A stretch of DNA of 63,966 bases, filler included, from Octopus bimaculoides (GCF_001194135.2; 7 parts of 6 records of this genome joined end to end with filler, not necessarily neighbours in it); one strand, 5' to 3'. Counted from the first letter of the whole stretch, positions 11,960 to 24,279 are shown. Numbers and translations: made by a program. Notes: generated by a model not told the origin, from the letters alone.

Positions 11960-13497
11960 GGTAAGGACCCTCATATGGTCAGAGATTTAGGGACATCCTA
12001 ATTGAGAAATTCGATGAAAGGGAGGAGGAGCTACAGACTTGTGACATTCAGGGCAACAGGGGATTCCTGAGGGACAGCTTACTGAGTGTCACAGACCAAA
12101 TCTGTGGCTGGTGCTGAGTCCCATCCAGACCTAGGGTAATGTGGTGCAGGAACGATGCAGTAGGCAGAGTCATTAGAGCAAAGAAACAGGCCTGGAAGAA
12201 TGGGTGTAACAGGGAACTGTATCAGATTGCCAGAAGGGATGCTAGGAGACAAGTATATCTAGCCAAGGGAGAGAAGCAGAAAAGAAGAAGTTTGCCTATG
12301 TTCGGCAATGTGAGGACCAAAGAACTGAAGTGTTTTGGAGTGCAAGACAGCGTGTGAGAGAAAATTGTGATGTCATAGGAGAGAAATTTGTCCATATGGA
12401 TGATGGTACACTTGCATGTAATGATTCTACAAAGAAAAAGGCTTGGAAATGCCATTATGAAAGACTGCTGAATTTAGAGAATGAGTGGGAGGAGGAGAGT
12501 CTGCCAAATGTTGACCCAATAGAGGGACTCGCTAGCCGAATTGACAGTTCCATGGTAGATAAAGCAATTAAGGATATGAAAACAGGAAAAGCCCCCAGCC
12601 CATCAAGAATCACCGTTGAGATGTTAAAATATCTGGTGGTGTAGGCTATAGCCTAGTCACCCGTATTGTTAATCAGGTGGTTCATGAAGGAGCCATATCC
12701 AATGACTGATGTAACAACACTATAGTCAACTGCTACAAAGGTAAAGGCGAAGCCTTAGATAGAAATAATTACAGGGGTATCAAACTGCTGGATCAGGTGA
12801 TGAAAGTTACAGAGAGAGTCATAGCCCAACTAATTAGGGAGAGACTTAGCTTAGATGAGATGCAGTTTGGGTTTGTGCCAGGCAGAAGCACCACTAATGC
12901 TATATTTCTGGTAAGACAACTTCAGCAGAAATACCTAGCCAAGGATAAACCTCTGTACTTGGCTTTTGTCGACTTGGAGAAAGGCTCCCCTGGGTGATGA
13001 AGCATGAACTTCGAACTTTGAGCCTCACAGAGGCAATGACTAATGATCGAGACCTTTGGTGATGTGCTGTGCTTGAGAGGACCTGTCAAGGCAAGTGGAC
13101 CCATGCTGGTGGCACTTAAAGAACACCTTTCAAGCGCTGGGCTTCACGGAGGCAAAATGGCTGAGTTTCTTTCGAGTGTTGGGCCTCACAGAGGCAATGA
13201 CCGACACCTTTGGCATTATGTTGTGCTTAGGAAAAAGACCTATCAAGTCAAGCAAAATCAGTCATGGCAGATACCAGGTCGCACAAATTGACACCCATGC
13301 CAGTGACATGTTAAAGCACCCTGGTGGCACATAAAAATATCCATTACGCTCTTGGAGTGGTTACATTAGGAAGAGCATCCAGCAGTAGAAAACCATGCCA
13401 AATCAGACTGGTGTCTGGTGCAACCTTCCAGCGTGCCAGCCCAGTAAAAATGTCCAACCCATGGCAGCATGGATAGCGGATGTTAAATGATGATGAT
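11960..13497 (+). mobile_element. RTE-clade LINE with large internal RT deletion
   Basis: KTGKAPSPS, NYRGIKLLDQVMKV, MQFGFVPGRSTTNAIF and LAFVDLEK, then a jump at ~12985 to a duplicated ORF end, the 3' UTR and a (GAT)n tail. Confidence 0.9.
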
Positions 13498-13598
13498 AAT
13501 ATATACATATACATATAGGTATGTATATATTCACACACACATACACACACATTCCATCTTTAAACTCGATCGTGTCAACACTTCAAATGTACGATTCT

Positions 13599-13687
13599 TC
13601 CCTGAAGACAGGCTGTTATTATCCGATGATAGAATCAATTTACACTCATCATTTTGGACAACCAAGCTCCCAGAAACAGCTGCTGGA
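13599..13687 (+). ncRNA. Degenerate Penelope-type hammerhead ribozyme motif
   Basis: TCC-CTGAAGA (13602-08) ... GAAA-CAGCTG-CT-GGA. U16.1 is mutated and stem II is decayed. Flanks are homologous to the 57.9-58.1 kb element. Confidence 0.45.
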
Positions 13688-13789
13688 CTCGTAAAACTCT
13701 TATTCAACCCCATTAATTCCTGATTTCATTTCTGTTCTGTGTAAGTCGTACCTTTTTATATGTAAGCATATGTACATTTTTTGTATTAA

Positions 13790-14995
13790 ATGTGTAGCTG
13801 CTAGAATAAGAATAGCCTGGGCAAAGTTCAGAGAGCTCTTACCTCTGCTGGTGATAAAGGCCCTCTCGCTCAGAGTAAAAGGCAGACTGTATAACGCATT
13901 TGTACGAACAGCCGTGCTACATGGCAGTGAAATGTGGGCCTTGACTGCTGAGGACATGCGTAAGCTCACAAGGAATGAAGCCAGTATGCTCTGATGGATG
14001 TGTAATGTCAGTGTGCATATTCGACAGAGTGTAAGTACCTTGAGAGAAAAGTTGAACCTAAGAAGCATCAGTTGTAGTGTGCAAGAGAGACAATTGCGCT
14101 GATATGATCATGTGGCAAGAATGGATGAGGATAGCTGTGTGAAAAAGTGCCACACCCTACCAGTTGAGGGAACCTGTGAAAGAGGTAGACCCAGGAAGAC
14201 CTGGGATGAGGTGGTGAAGCACAACCTTCGAACATTAGGCGTCACCGAGGCAATGACAAGTGACTGAGACCTTTGGAAATATGCTGTGCGTGAGAAGACC
14301 CAGCAAGCCAAGTGAGACCATAATCTGAGGCCTCTGCTAGGGGTGTAGCCAGCCCACTTATGTGTACCTTTCCTTCATTGGACACTAAACTCTGCTTGCG
14401 AAGACCTGTTGAGGCAAGTGAAATCGAAATCGAACCAAATTTGACGACTGGCGCCCATGCCAACCTCTCCTTCATTGGACACTAAACTCGGCTTGCGAAA
14501 ACCTGTTGGGGCAAGTGAAATCGAAATTGTGATGGCACCTGTACCAGTAGAGTGCAAAAAGCACCATCCGAGTGTGATGGTTGCCAGAGCAGCTGTCTGG
14601 CTTCCATGTCAGTGGCACGTAAATAGAACCATTTGAGCGTGATCGTTACTAGCATCGCCTTACTGGCACTTATGCCAGTGACATATGAAAAGACATTCGA
14701 GCGAGGTCGTTGCCAGTGCCACTGGACTGGCTCCTGTGCAGGTGCCATGTAAAATACACCATTTTGAGCATGGCCGTTACCAGTACCGCCTGACTGACCT
14801 TCATGCTGGTGGCACGTAAAAGCACCCACTACACTCTCGGAGTGGTTGGCATTAGAAAGGGCATCCAGCTGTAGAAACTCTACCAAATCAGATTGGAGCC
14901 TAGTGTAGCCATCTGGTTCACCAGTCCTCAGTCAAATCGTCCAACCCATGCTAGCATGGAAGGCGGACATTAAACGATGATGATGATGATGATGT
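13790..14995 (+). mobile_element. 5'-truncated RTE-clade LINE (RT C-terminus, 3' UTR, (GAT)n tail)
   Basis: ARIRIAWAKFRELLPLL...AVLHGSEMW...HVARMDED...RGRPRKTWDEVV; ~65-bp block duplicated at 14367 and 14465; ends ...GGCGGACATTAAAC(GAT)n. Confidence 0.92.
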
Positions 14996-15639
14996 ATTTA
15001 ATATTTTTTGTATATTGACCTGCCTAACTTGCGTGTCCTTACATTTACTCTACCTACGCAAGCCTATAAATCTCTTGAGCACTATAAAGTGTATTCTATT
15101 CAGAGAATACCTGTCTCTAATCAATAAACTTTTTTAATAAATCTGATAAGGGAAGAAAGTGCTGAAAATGTAAATAAAATATATATATATAATCATCCAA
15201 CATTCTGACTACCTTGTTATTTGCAATATACAGTATCTGTACATCACTTCAAAAACTCTCTACATATATATGTATATACACAGATGCATATATACACATA
15301 CATACACATATACACATATATATACATATTTCATAATTTACAGGTATAGGTAATTATACATAGAAATTCACATAATTATATATTTATACTATATTTAAGA
15401 TAAATATATATAGAGACATGTAGATAGAGACTATATAAATATACAAGCATATATACACATGTATATATATACATAGACATGCATATACATGTACATACAT
15501 AAAAATCCATACACACACACACACACACACATGTACAGACATACACGCATATATATATACTTATATATGTACACATATATATGGGACCTTTGATAAAAAT
15601 CTTTGGTGCTGAGCTACCCTCAATAATAATGATGATAAC

Positions 15640-16030
15640 GACTTTTTCAATATAACGATGGGCTTCTCTGACTCTGCTCAGTTCATGTATCTGGTCAGGT
15701 TATCCCTCCTCCAGCGACTCTGCTGAAGACTAGAAAAGATTTGCATAAATTGTTTGTTAATTTTAATTTATCTATCACATTTGAAAACACCTACAAATTA
15801 GCTAATTTTCTAGATGTTACTTTAGATTTAAAATCTGCTCTATACTTCCCCCCAACCACCATAAACCTACTCAATACCTCAGATACATTAGTATAAACTC
15901 TAATCACCATAAATCTATCTTTGATAGTGTAATCAAAGGCATATCTTTCCAAATATCGGATTTCTCAACCATGGAGGAGATATTCAATAGCTATGCTACA
16001 TTCTATAACCAGGTTCTAACGGCTTTTCTC
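15640..16030 (+). mobile_element. Penelope-like element reverse transcriptase C-terminal fragment (decayed)
   Basis: FFNITMG, ANFLDVTLDLKS, KPTQYLRYISINSNHHKSI and EEIFNSYATFYNQVL match the PLE thumb motifs (NFLDVTL, SNHP). Confidence 0.75.
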
Positions 16031-16169
16031 AGCAAATTAAATTCATAACAAACACTAGGCTTAAAAAAACACATCTTAAAAAAACACATCTCTGGGGTGG
16101 GGGGCATGCCCCACCACTGGACATACAAAACCTCCTGCTATAAACAGGTGCACTAAGACTCCTACTAGA

Positions 16170-18166
16170 AAACTAAAAGAATCTCAACCGGGATACTCTC
16201 AAATGCTCTGCACTTACCTGTATAACACTCAATCGAACAGCCCAGTAGATGAAAATGGTACCCAAATTAGGGGTTACCGACAACGTATGTATGATTATTG
16301 GAGAGAAAAGGGATTGTTTCAACTCACGGAACAGAGACTATGTGATCAAGCTAGAGCAATAAGGAAAAATTGTTGGTTCACAGTAGTTGAGCTCGAAGCT
16401 ATCAAAAGACAGGAAAATAGCAGCAGAGATAACAATGAAAATACAGCTCTAACTAATAAGAGTAATCCCACAGCACAGGAAAGAAGCAGTGGTAGATTAC
16501 TTGATGAGAGACAGGAGAATTATAGCAACATTATTTGTAACCTTAAAGAGGTTGATCGATGGAAATTGAACCAAGAAACAAAAAAATGTCAATGAAATTC
16601 TGAAATACATCAGAACAAACAACATCATAGAAACAAATAATTTGATCAAGGCAGCAATTGTTGTAGCAGAAAACGTGGGTGTTTTAATGTCAAGAAAAAG
16701 AAACGTAATGGGAGAGACAAAAGAAAAGATCCATGGTGGAAAAGAAGAATCCAGGCAGGGTTAGACATGCTCTCGAAGGAAATCTCTGTGTTAGACCGAA
16801 AAGAGAAAGGGGAGCTTAAAAGTGAACAAAAATACAGGGTGCTGAAAAGGAAGTATAATATTGAAAGAAAGGGCCTGAAAGTAGTAGTGGAGGAACTGAA
16901 ACAGCGCCTTGTTGCAAAGATGGTAAGATACGACCAAAGAATGAAGGGTTACCACCAGAATAGGTTATTCAGTGTAGATAAGAAGAGATTCTATAAAGAA
17001 ATAAATGGAGAGTGTACAGATGAAAACTTGATACCAGATAACATTGAAAGTCAAAGGTTTTGGAATGACATCTGGAGCAAAGGCNNNNNNNNNNGAATGG
17101 TTGCAAGAACTGAAACAAACAGTAGTCTGTCCAAAACAGGCAGAACTAGTCGTTTCAGTTTAGGAAGTGAAGGAAATCAGCAAAAAAATGAGCAACTGGA
17201 AGGCCCCGGGACCAGATGGAGTTCAAGGCTACTGGATTAAAAGAGTTGGTGAATGTCATGCACGAATAGCTGTGCAACTCAACATCTTGTTAAATGCCAG
17301 CCAGGTAACACCAGAGTGGTTGACATTGGGTAGGACAGTGCTGTGCCTGGAAAACATTGAAAAGGCAATACGGTAGACAATTACAGGCCGATATCCTGTT
17401 TGCCACTTATGTGGAAGTTATTGACTGAAATACTCACAGAATCAATGTACGAGCATCTGGGAAAAAATGAATTCCTGCCACATGAGCAGGATTGCAAACG
17501 TAAGTGCAGGGATACCAAAGATCAACTCCTGATAGACAAAACTGTACTTAGAGACTGCAAGAGGAGGAAAAGTAACTTAGCTGTGTCATGGATCAACTAT
17601 CGTAAGGCGTATGATATCATCCCACATTCTTGGATTATGGAGTGTATGAACCTATTTGGTATTGCATCGAATGTGGAGCAATTGCTTGGGAAAAGTATGG
17701 AGAATTGGAGGACAGACCTGACAGTATACAGAAGAAGGTTAGGGACAGTAGAAATTATGAGGGGCATCTTCCAAGGGGACTGCCTGTCCCCACTGATCTT
17801 TGTACTGTGCTTGATACCACTAACACTGATTCTGAGGAAAGCAAAAGCTGGGTACGTATTCAAAAGCCACCAGCAAAATGTCGACCATTTGTTATTCATG
17901 GATGACCTCAAACTTTATGGTAAAGATGAAGCTCAAGTTAGTTCCCTTGTTGATACGGTGTATACCTTCAGTGCTGATATCAGAATGGAGTTCGGACTGA
18001 GAAAGTATGGTGTGTTAGTCAAATCAATGGACAGGCTAACAATACCATTGGGGGAGGTTATAAAGTAGATAGAAGAGATGGGCTATAAGTACTTGGGGAT
18101 TTTGGAAATGGAGAAATTGATGGAGAAAGAAATGACAAAAAAATTTAAGGTGGAGTACTTGTGCAG
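16170..18166 (+). mobile_element. R4/Dong-like non-LTR retrotransposon, decayed ORF lacking its 3' endonuclease part
   Basis: RGYRQRM...[70 protein letters not shown]. Confidence 0.9.
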
Positions 18167-20050
18167 AAGAGGACACTTCTGGCTGTCAATCCTCCCATCC
18201 ACTTGTATGCTGTCAATCACAGTCCTTTTACATCCTCTCAGATATGGGGCTTCTTTAGAATATTTGGCTGGCTGCTGCCCCTTAACACCAGCCTCTTCTA
18301 GTTTCCTGTCTCTCCTTTATCTTCTGTTACCTTCTTCCTACTATCCTTCTTTTGTGCAGGGCAGCCAAAACAACTGAGATGTCCCTTTTCACCACATGTT
18401 GAGCACTCTTGCCTAAATGTGAACTTTCTGCTGCTTTTACTTTCTTTTCAGGCTGTAATAACCTTGCTTCTTGTGTCCTGATTTCTCACAGTACCAGCAA
18501 CTTTCTCCAACCATTTCTTGTTCTTTCTTCTTCAAACAGATTTTTCTTTTATGTCTTACCTTCTTGCAGTACCAACAATCTGCCTGTTTCATGTTCTTAC
18601 CCATCCTTGCTTTGAATCCGGAACAGTAGCCCACCTGGAAACTTCCTGTGCCAGACCTTGCATATGACTCAAATTCAAGAGCTCTAGTAAGTGCCTTTTA
18701 AATTGTATTTGGTTGTGCCTGTTTCGTTTGAACTTTGAGTTCTGCACTGACCAGGGCATCAATAAACTACTCTTTCACAAGAAGAGCCAAGTGGTCAAGT
18801 GTTGTTGTAGGGTAGGCTTTATGTGTCATGCTCTCCAGGTCCTGGGCAAGCTATTGTAGTGATTCCCCTCTAACCCTTACACAAGTCCAAACTTGTGCCC
18901 TATACACTTTACTCTGGTATATAGTGCCATATCTTCTCTGTAATACTAATGAAAAATAATAGCTTCTGTCCTCCACTGACAACTGGCTCAGCATCTCTAG
19001 TGCAGCACACTTTAGACTTGTAGCAAACTGAACTGCTCTTTGCCAATCATCCCAGCCATTCTGATCAGCCAGCAGCTCAAACTGGACACAGTAGGCTCCC
19101 ATGACGCTTTGCCATCAAATTCTTGTGACTTTTTCGTAATGGGAACTCTATTGCAGCCTTGCACTTTGCTGGATTGGGGCCTAAATACTGTTGCAGGAGT
19201 TTGATCGCCCAGTAGAAGTGCACAGACTCCAAATCGGTGCCTGTGGTACCTGGTGCTGGTCTGCAAGTGTGGCACTAGATGCCTTGGGCATCAAGGACAG
19301 GTCATTTCGATGTCAACTTAGCATCCAAAACTGCCTTCTGATCACCAGCAGGCACACTTGCTCCTGAAAGACTACCCCTGGAGGTTTGGCCATTTTCAAA
19401 ATTCAGCACATGTCATCCACCATTTCACACACTCTCTGCACATCAGCCTGTGAGGTTCAGTAGCACAAAACTTATACAGACTCCATTCACTCAAACATTT
19501 TCAACTGTTCATTTACATGTTGCTCGCATCATGTAATGTCATCACTCATCCCACGTCTGTATTGCTGTCATTCTTCATGTACATTTTTCTTGAACTGTTG
19601 TTGTTCATCTTGCAACTACTGTTGATCCTTCTCCATTCTTCTCATGAATCTGTCCAGCTGTCCCTGAAGACATGTGTGCTGCACTTTCTGCTCTTCCTTA
19701 AAGTCAGTCAATCTATCCCTGATTGCAACCAGAGACATCTCTTCCTTCCCTGCTTGCTTCCTTGTGTGCACTCCTTCCAACTCATTAGTAAATAATTGGC
19801 ACACAGTAACAAAAAAAAAAAATCTCTCTTCTGATGCTAAATGTTGCAAAATGTGGCCTTCTGATATGAACACAGCTCCAACAGCTAGGTCAGCAGTTGG
19901 GAGATCACAGCCCCAGCAAGTCAACTTCCTTAGAATAGAAGAAGTAGTTGTACCTGGCTGGATGTCTTGTGTAATGTGGCTCTTTGTTGCCCTGTTGACT
20001 TTGACTGGTCGCATTGCACCTTTTCTCCAACTGTCTCCATTGCCAACTGT
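18167..20050 (-). mobile_element. Ty3/Gypsy-type gag (decayed) with three CCHC-like knuckles and the start of the protease
   Basis: EFDGKASW/AYCVQFELLADQNGW...RGESLQ...ALEFES; knuckles CWYCKKVRHKRKIC, CWYCEKSGH, CSTCGEKGH; then QVDGRIDSQKCPLL truncated at the R4 junction. Confidence 0.8.
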
Positions 20051-20055
20051 GGTGT

Positions 20056-20234
20056 GTGCGTACGAGTAGATGTAATCGCCTTACCTCGGTTTTCCTTTCC
20101 TCGACTGCGAGTCCGTCTTGCGGTATCCGATCCTTGAAGCTTGCCCCGACTCAAAGTACACCAGGAATAGCAGCTGCTTCTCCCAAACCTGGACCGTCGC
20201 TTAACACGTCTTGTCCTGACCGCAGCCCCGTTCG
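20056..20234 (-). promoter_or_regulatory. Small CpG island with strong 5' splice donor (GAG|GTAAGG at 20085/20084); possible first exon or LTR leader
   Basis: About 16 CpG in ~190 nt by hand count, against very few in the adjacent gag; consensus donor on the minus strand. Confidence 0.4.
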
Positions 20235-20278
20235 NNNNNNNNNNNNNNNNNNNNNNNNNNNNNNNNNNNNNNNNNNNN

Positions 20279-20290
20279 TTAATTAATTAA
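20279..20290. other. Artificial assembly linker TTAATTAATTAA in a 100-nt gap block
   Basis: 44 N + 12-mer with stops in all six frames + 44 N; the same 12-mer recurs in N-gap blocks at five other sites. Confidence 0.95.
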
Positions 20291-21344
20291 NNNNNNNNNN
20301 NNNNNNNNNNNNNNNNNNNNNNNNNNNNNNNNNNCTCCCCCCCCCAAAAAAAAATAACGGGGTTGGGGGTGGGCACAGAATTGGCAATGAATGAGGCCAT
20401 TGTTTATAAAATGGTTTTTAATTCTAATTGTTTCAACATTGAAACCATTTCACTTTAGATCCAAATATCTTACGTAGTTCGGCTCACTTAGTTCCATTTC
20501 AGGCTAGAGTTCAGACGATTGTCGTCACATATGGCCTGCTGTGTGGTATGTAGCTTTTTAGTCCTTGCTGTTTAGTATAGTGCACATACGATATTGTGTC
20601 GCCAGTCACCGAGACCGTGATGACGACATATGATGACTGGTGGTGGTGGTGGTTTTTTTGGCGGTGGTTTTCGTGGCGGTGATGATGACGACGACCACGA
20701 TGACGATGATGATGATGATGATAATGATCATAGTGGTAGGTTAATGGAGGCTGGTTGTTTTTGCGCAGTGATAGCTTTTTTTTAGCTAGAAGTAGACTTG
20801 AATAAACGGTGGTGGTGGTGGTGGTGTAAGTGTTGGTGGTTGTGGTGGTGAGGGGAAGTCAACGATGACGACTGCGCAGCTGCTGCTACTACTGATGATG
20901 GTAGTGGTAGAAATGATGATGATGATGGTTGTGCTGGTGCTGGCGCTGGTGATAGCAATGATGACGATGATGACGACGAACGAAGAATGCAAAAATAAAA
21001 ATAACAAATAAGATGAAATAGAAGGTGAGGACGCTTTTTCGTAATCTATTCTCTATACTTCTAAGTGTAAGAGTGTGTGAGAAAGAGAAAGAAGAAAAGA
21101 ATGAGTAGGAGAGAAAGAAAGAGAACGGGAATAAAAATAAAGCGTGTACATGCATGTATGTGTGTATGGATTTGCCAATCCGCATATACAGATGCGTATG
21201 CAAATGTATGTGCACGTGTGTATGAGAGAGAAAGTGTCAATGTGAATGCATACGTGTAGATGCGTGTTTTTGTATGCGTTTGTGTATGTTTGTCCTCATG
21301 ATTGAAATGTGAATATTTGCACCAGAGGATATGTAAAGGCTTAC

Positions 21345-21401
21345 TTCGACTGACAAGCAAAATCGATAACTGCAGCGGTTTAGCTTCTGAGCAACCCTAA
21401 T
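21345..21401 (-). CDS. Candidate 57-nt phase-0/0 exon (IRVAQKLNRCSYRFCLSVE), product unknown
   Basis: Acceptor TTTTTTATTGTAACTCCGCTAG, donor GAA|GTAAGC; only frame 0 is open. Confidence 0.2.
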
Positions 21402-22068
21402 CTAGCGGAGTTACAATAAAAAATGTTCCAAAAGTGACCATCTCTTCATTTTTGTACATCAAGAACTACATTGTCCTATGTTCCCATCTATGTTAAATTA
21501 GCAGGATATGATTTGAGGGAGATTCTGCTGCCATTTCTTGCAGGTCGAGCAACCACATAAAGGGTCCCATCCTGGCTCCTAGCAATATAGATTTCTTTCA
21601 TAAGCTCTAGGTCACATACATACATACATACATACATACATACATACATACATACATACACAGGCACAAGCACCCCCCCCCCACACACACACATACACAT
21701 GTGCACGCACACATGCACACCGACATATATAAGGAATGGGCGCAGAACAAGCGAAAATTTACCCTTCTTCAGCTATCATACTAAAGATTTTGACAGTTTC
21801 GACGCCTTGAGATAGAACTGCTATTTAGTGGGGTCAACAGGTATTGGAAACAATTGTTATATTTCAGTGCAACTGATATAGTGGAGACGTGACATCTATC
21901 ATTAGAGTAACGTGTTCATTGCCAAAAGGATGTTTAAAAAAAAGGACAGCATCTAATCTAGTGCTCTGCAGATTTTGCTAAAATATCCACATTTTTACCA
22001 GGGCTTTCTAGCATATGCACAATTCATACTTGTTTCATAGGATGCACATACTTATGCACAATTCATAC

Positions 22069-22320
22069 TTGTTTCATAGGATGAAAATAGTCGATTAATT
22101 CGCCATTCACCGAATATGATTGGAACTTTTTAATCGATAAGAGATAAACAGGCAACGAGTTAGCCTCAGCATTAGCAGTCGACCTGCTTGATATAACAGT
22201 CGAACCTCCTTCTAACATCGTCCTAATGTCTGAAAAATCAGAAGAATCCTTCGCACATAGTACAATGTTGTTCCATATATACAAAATCAGTATAGCCATG
22301 TAAGGAACGCTTTTGATCAA
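22069..22320 (-). CDS. Candidate coding exon/short ORF in unique sequence, product unknown
   Basis: Non-repetitive 85-aa ORF with a hydrophobic N-terminal stretch, ending at a CAA|GTATGA donor. No family recognised. Confidence 0.25.
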
Positions 22321-22394
22321 AGGTTGGCTGCTTGATTAGTGCTGACCTGGATTAAACTTCATAAACAACAAAGGCGATTTGCGCACTGCATTTT

Positions 22395-22429
<35 letters not shown>

Positions 22430-23416
22430 NNNNNNNNNNNNNNNNNNNNNNNNNNNNNNNNNNNNNNNNNNNNNNNNNNNNNNNNNNNNNNNNNNNNNNN
22501 NNNNNNNNNNNNNNNNNNNNNNNNNNNNNNNNNNNNNNNNNNNNNNNNNNNNNNNCTCTATTCAACCAGTCCATGCCCTTGTAAACACGAGGTAGCATCT
22601 ATGTGATAGCTCGATCTACTAAAAATAGGAGTCAAACGTCACTTAAATCATACTCTGACGTCTTAGGAAGGGAAACATCGCTTGGCAACTGGTTAGTCTA
22701 AATCATGCCCGTCGCTAAGTGGGGTGCACAGGATGGCATTGCCCGGCACTGCCCCCTCATTATTCAATGATGCACCTCAGATTTATTCCAATTTAGTGAC
22801 TACCTACTTTAGCAACACAACAAATTGGTACCCACCCTGAATATTTGCAGCACCCCTAGGCACCAAAGTCTGACGAGGAACACGGCCTTATTAGAGCAGA
22901 CTTATGCACAAGGGTGTTCCAGTAGTGACCATCCCAACTTTTGTAAGAGTATGCGTATCAAGGTGCTGGCTCTATGTGCCCTTCTTAATTTTAAGATGAC
23001 AGAGTGCGAATGTAGGAAAATGCTGTCCCTATTTTTATTATCAGGTCGAGTAAACACACAGGGGTTCCTTCGTTGCCTCGAGGCAAGTAGGGTTTCTTAC
23101 ATCAACTCAAGGTCATATATAATTTGGTCCTGCTTTCCCTTAGTATAAGACAGGATGGTCACGGAGAGAATACCAATGATCATAACCGTGTTCAATCAAG
23201 TATGAACTGGAAGTAAGTAACATCAATGACAAAACTATAGTGTTATTGAAAGTCTGCGAGTATTAATATTTATTACATGAAAGAGTGTCACTCAGTCAAT
23301 TTACACACAAGCGAGTGCATATACACACACACATATACATACGTATATATATATATATATATATATATATATNNNNNNNNNNNNNNNNNNNNNNNNNNNN
23401 NNNNNNNNNNNNNNNN

Positions 23417-23428
23417 TTAATTAATTAA
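23417..23428. other. Artificial assembly linker TTAATTAATTAA
   Basis: 44N-linker-44N. Confidence 0.95.
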
Positions 23429-24248
23429 NNNNNNNNNNNNNNNNNNNNNNNNNNNNNNNNNNNNNNNNNNNNTATATATATATATATATGCGCACTAGCG
23501 TGCACGCACAATGCATGCACACACAAACACACACGTATGCAAGGTCTACGTAAAGCCCTTATGCAATTACAAATTCAAAATTTCCATCATTTTCGTTCTA
23601 TATAGGATAGAATTAATCTGCAAAGCACATTCAGTCGCTTGAAGCAGTTCTTTTATCGTCGGTAATAAAAAACATTATTACATCGCCGTATTAATTTTTC
23701 AGAAAATTAATAATTACATAAATTTATGGGGACAATTAAAGATTAATGTTTATTGAAATAAAGCTTCTTCTATACATGATTGCGGGCTAGGATAATCAGC
23801 TTCTAAATGCATTTCTAGAAATACAGAAAAGCATTACATTTTGTATATCTTAGAATGTGAAAATGAAAATTTCATTGAATACATTTTCACCTGGAGTTTT
23901 CACAGATGAATTGTACAGTATATAAACTAATGTTATTTATATACACCATGAATTATACAAAGGCTTCATAACCGCCTTGAATGCACATACACACACACAC
24001 ACACACACAAACACACATACGCAGCACACACACACACACACACACATACACGCGCACGCACACTAAGGCATTTACACAAACATATGCAGATAGATATAAG
24101 TACGACACTTCATGTCGAGCAAATGAGAAAGAAGTTTCCAATATATGTTGCTAAGGATATGCTCTATTAAACCGAAGGTGAGTTTGTCTGCTTTCCTCGG
24201 GTGAGAGTGATGTAAAAATTAAGTTGCGAGCTAAATACACAGCTTTCG

Positions 24249-24277
<29 letters not shown>

Positions 24278-24279
<2 letters not shown>

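Noticed and set aside
13487-13723. 78-aa ORF as a host exon
   Set aside because: Its non-repetitive part is the HHR-bearing repeat family member.
22895-22945. 5S rRNA-like fragment on the minus strand
   Set aside because: Similarity is limited to a short, gapped stretch; no 5S secondary structure is recoverable.
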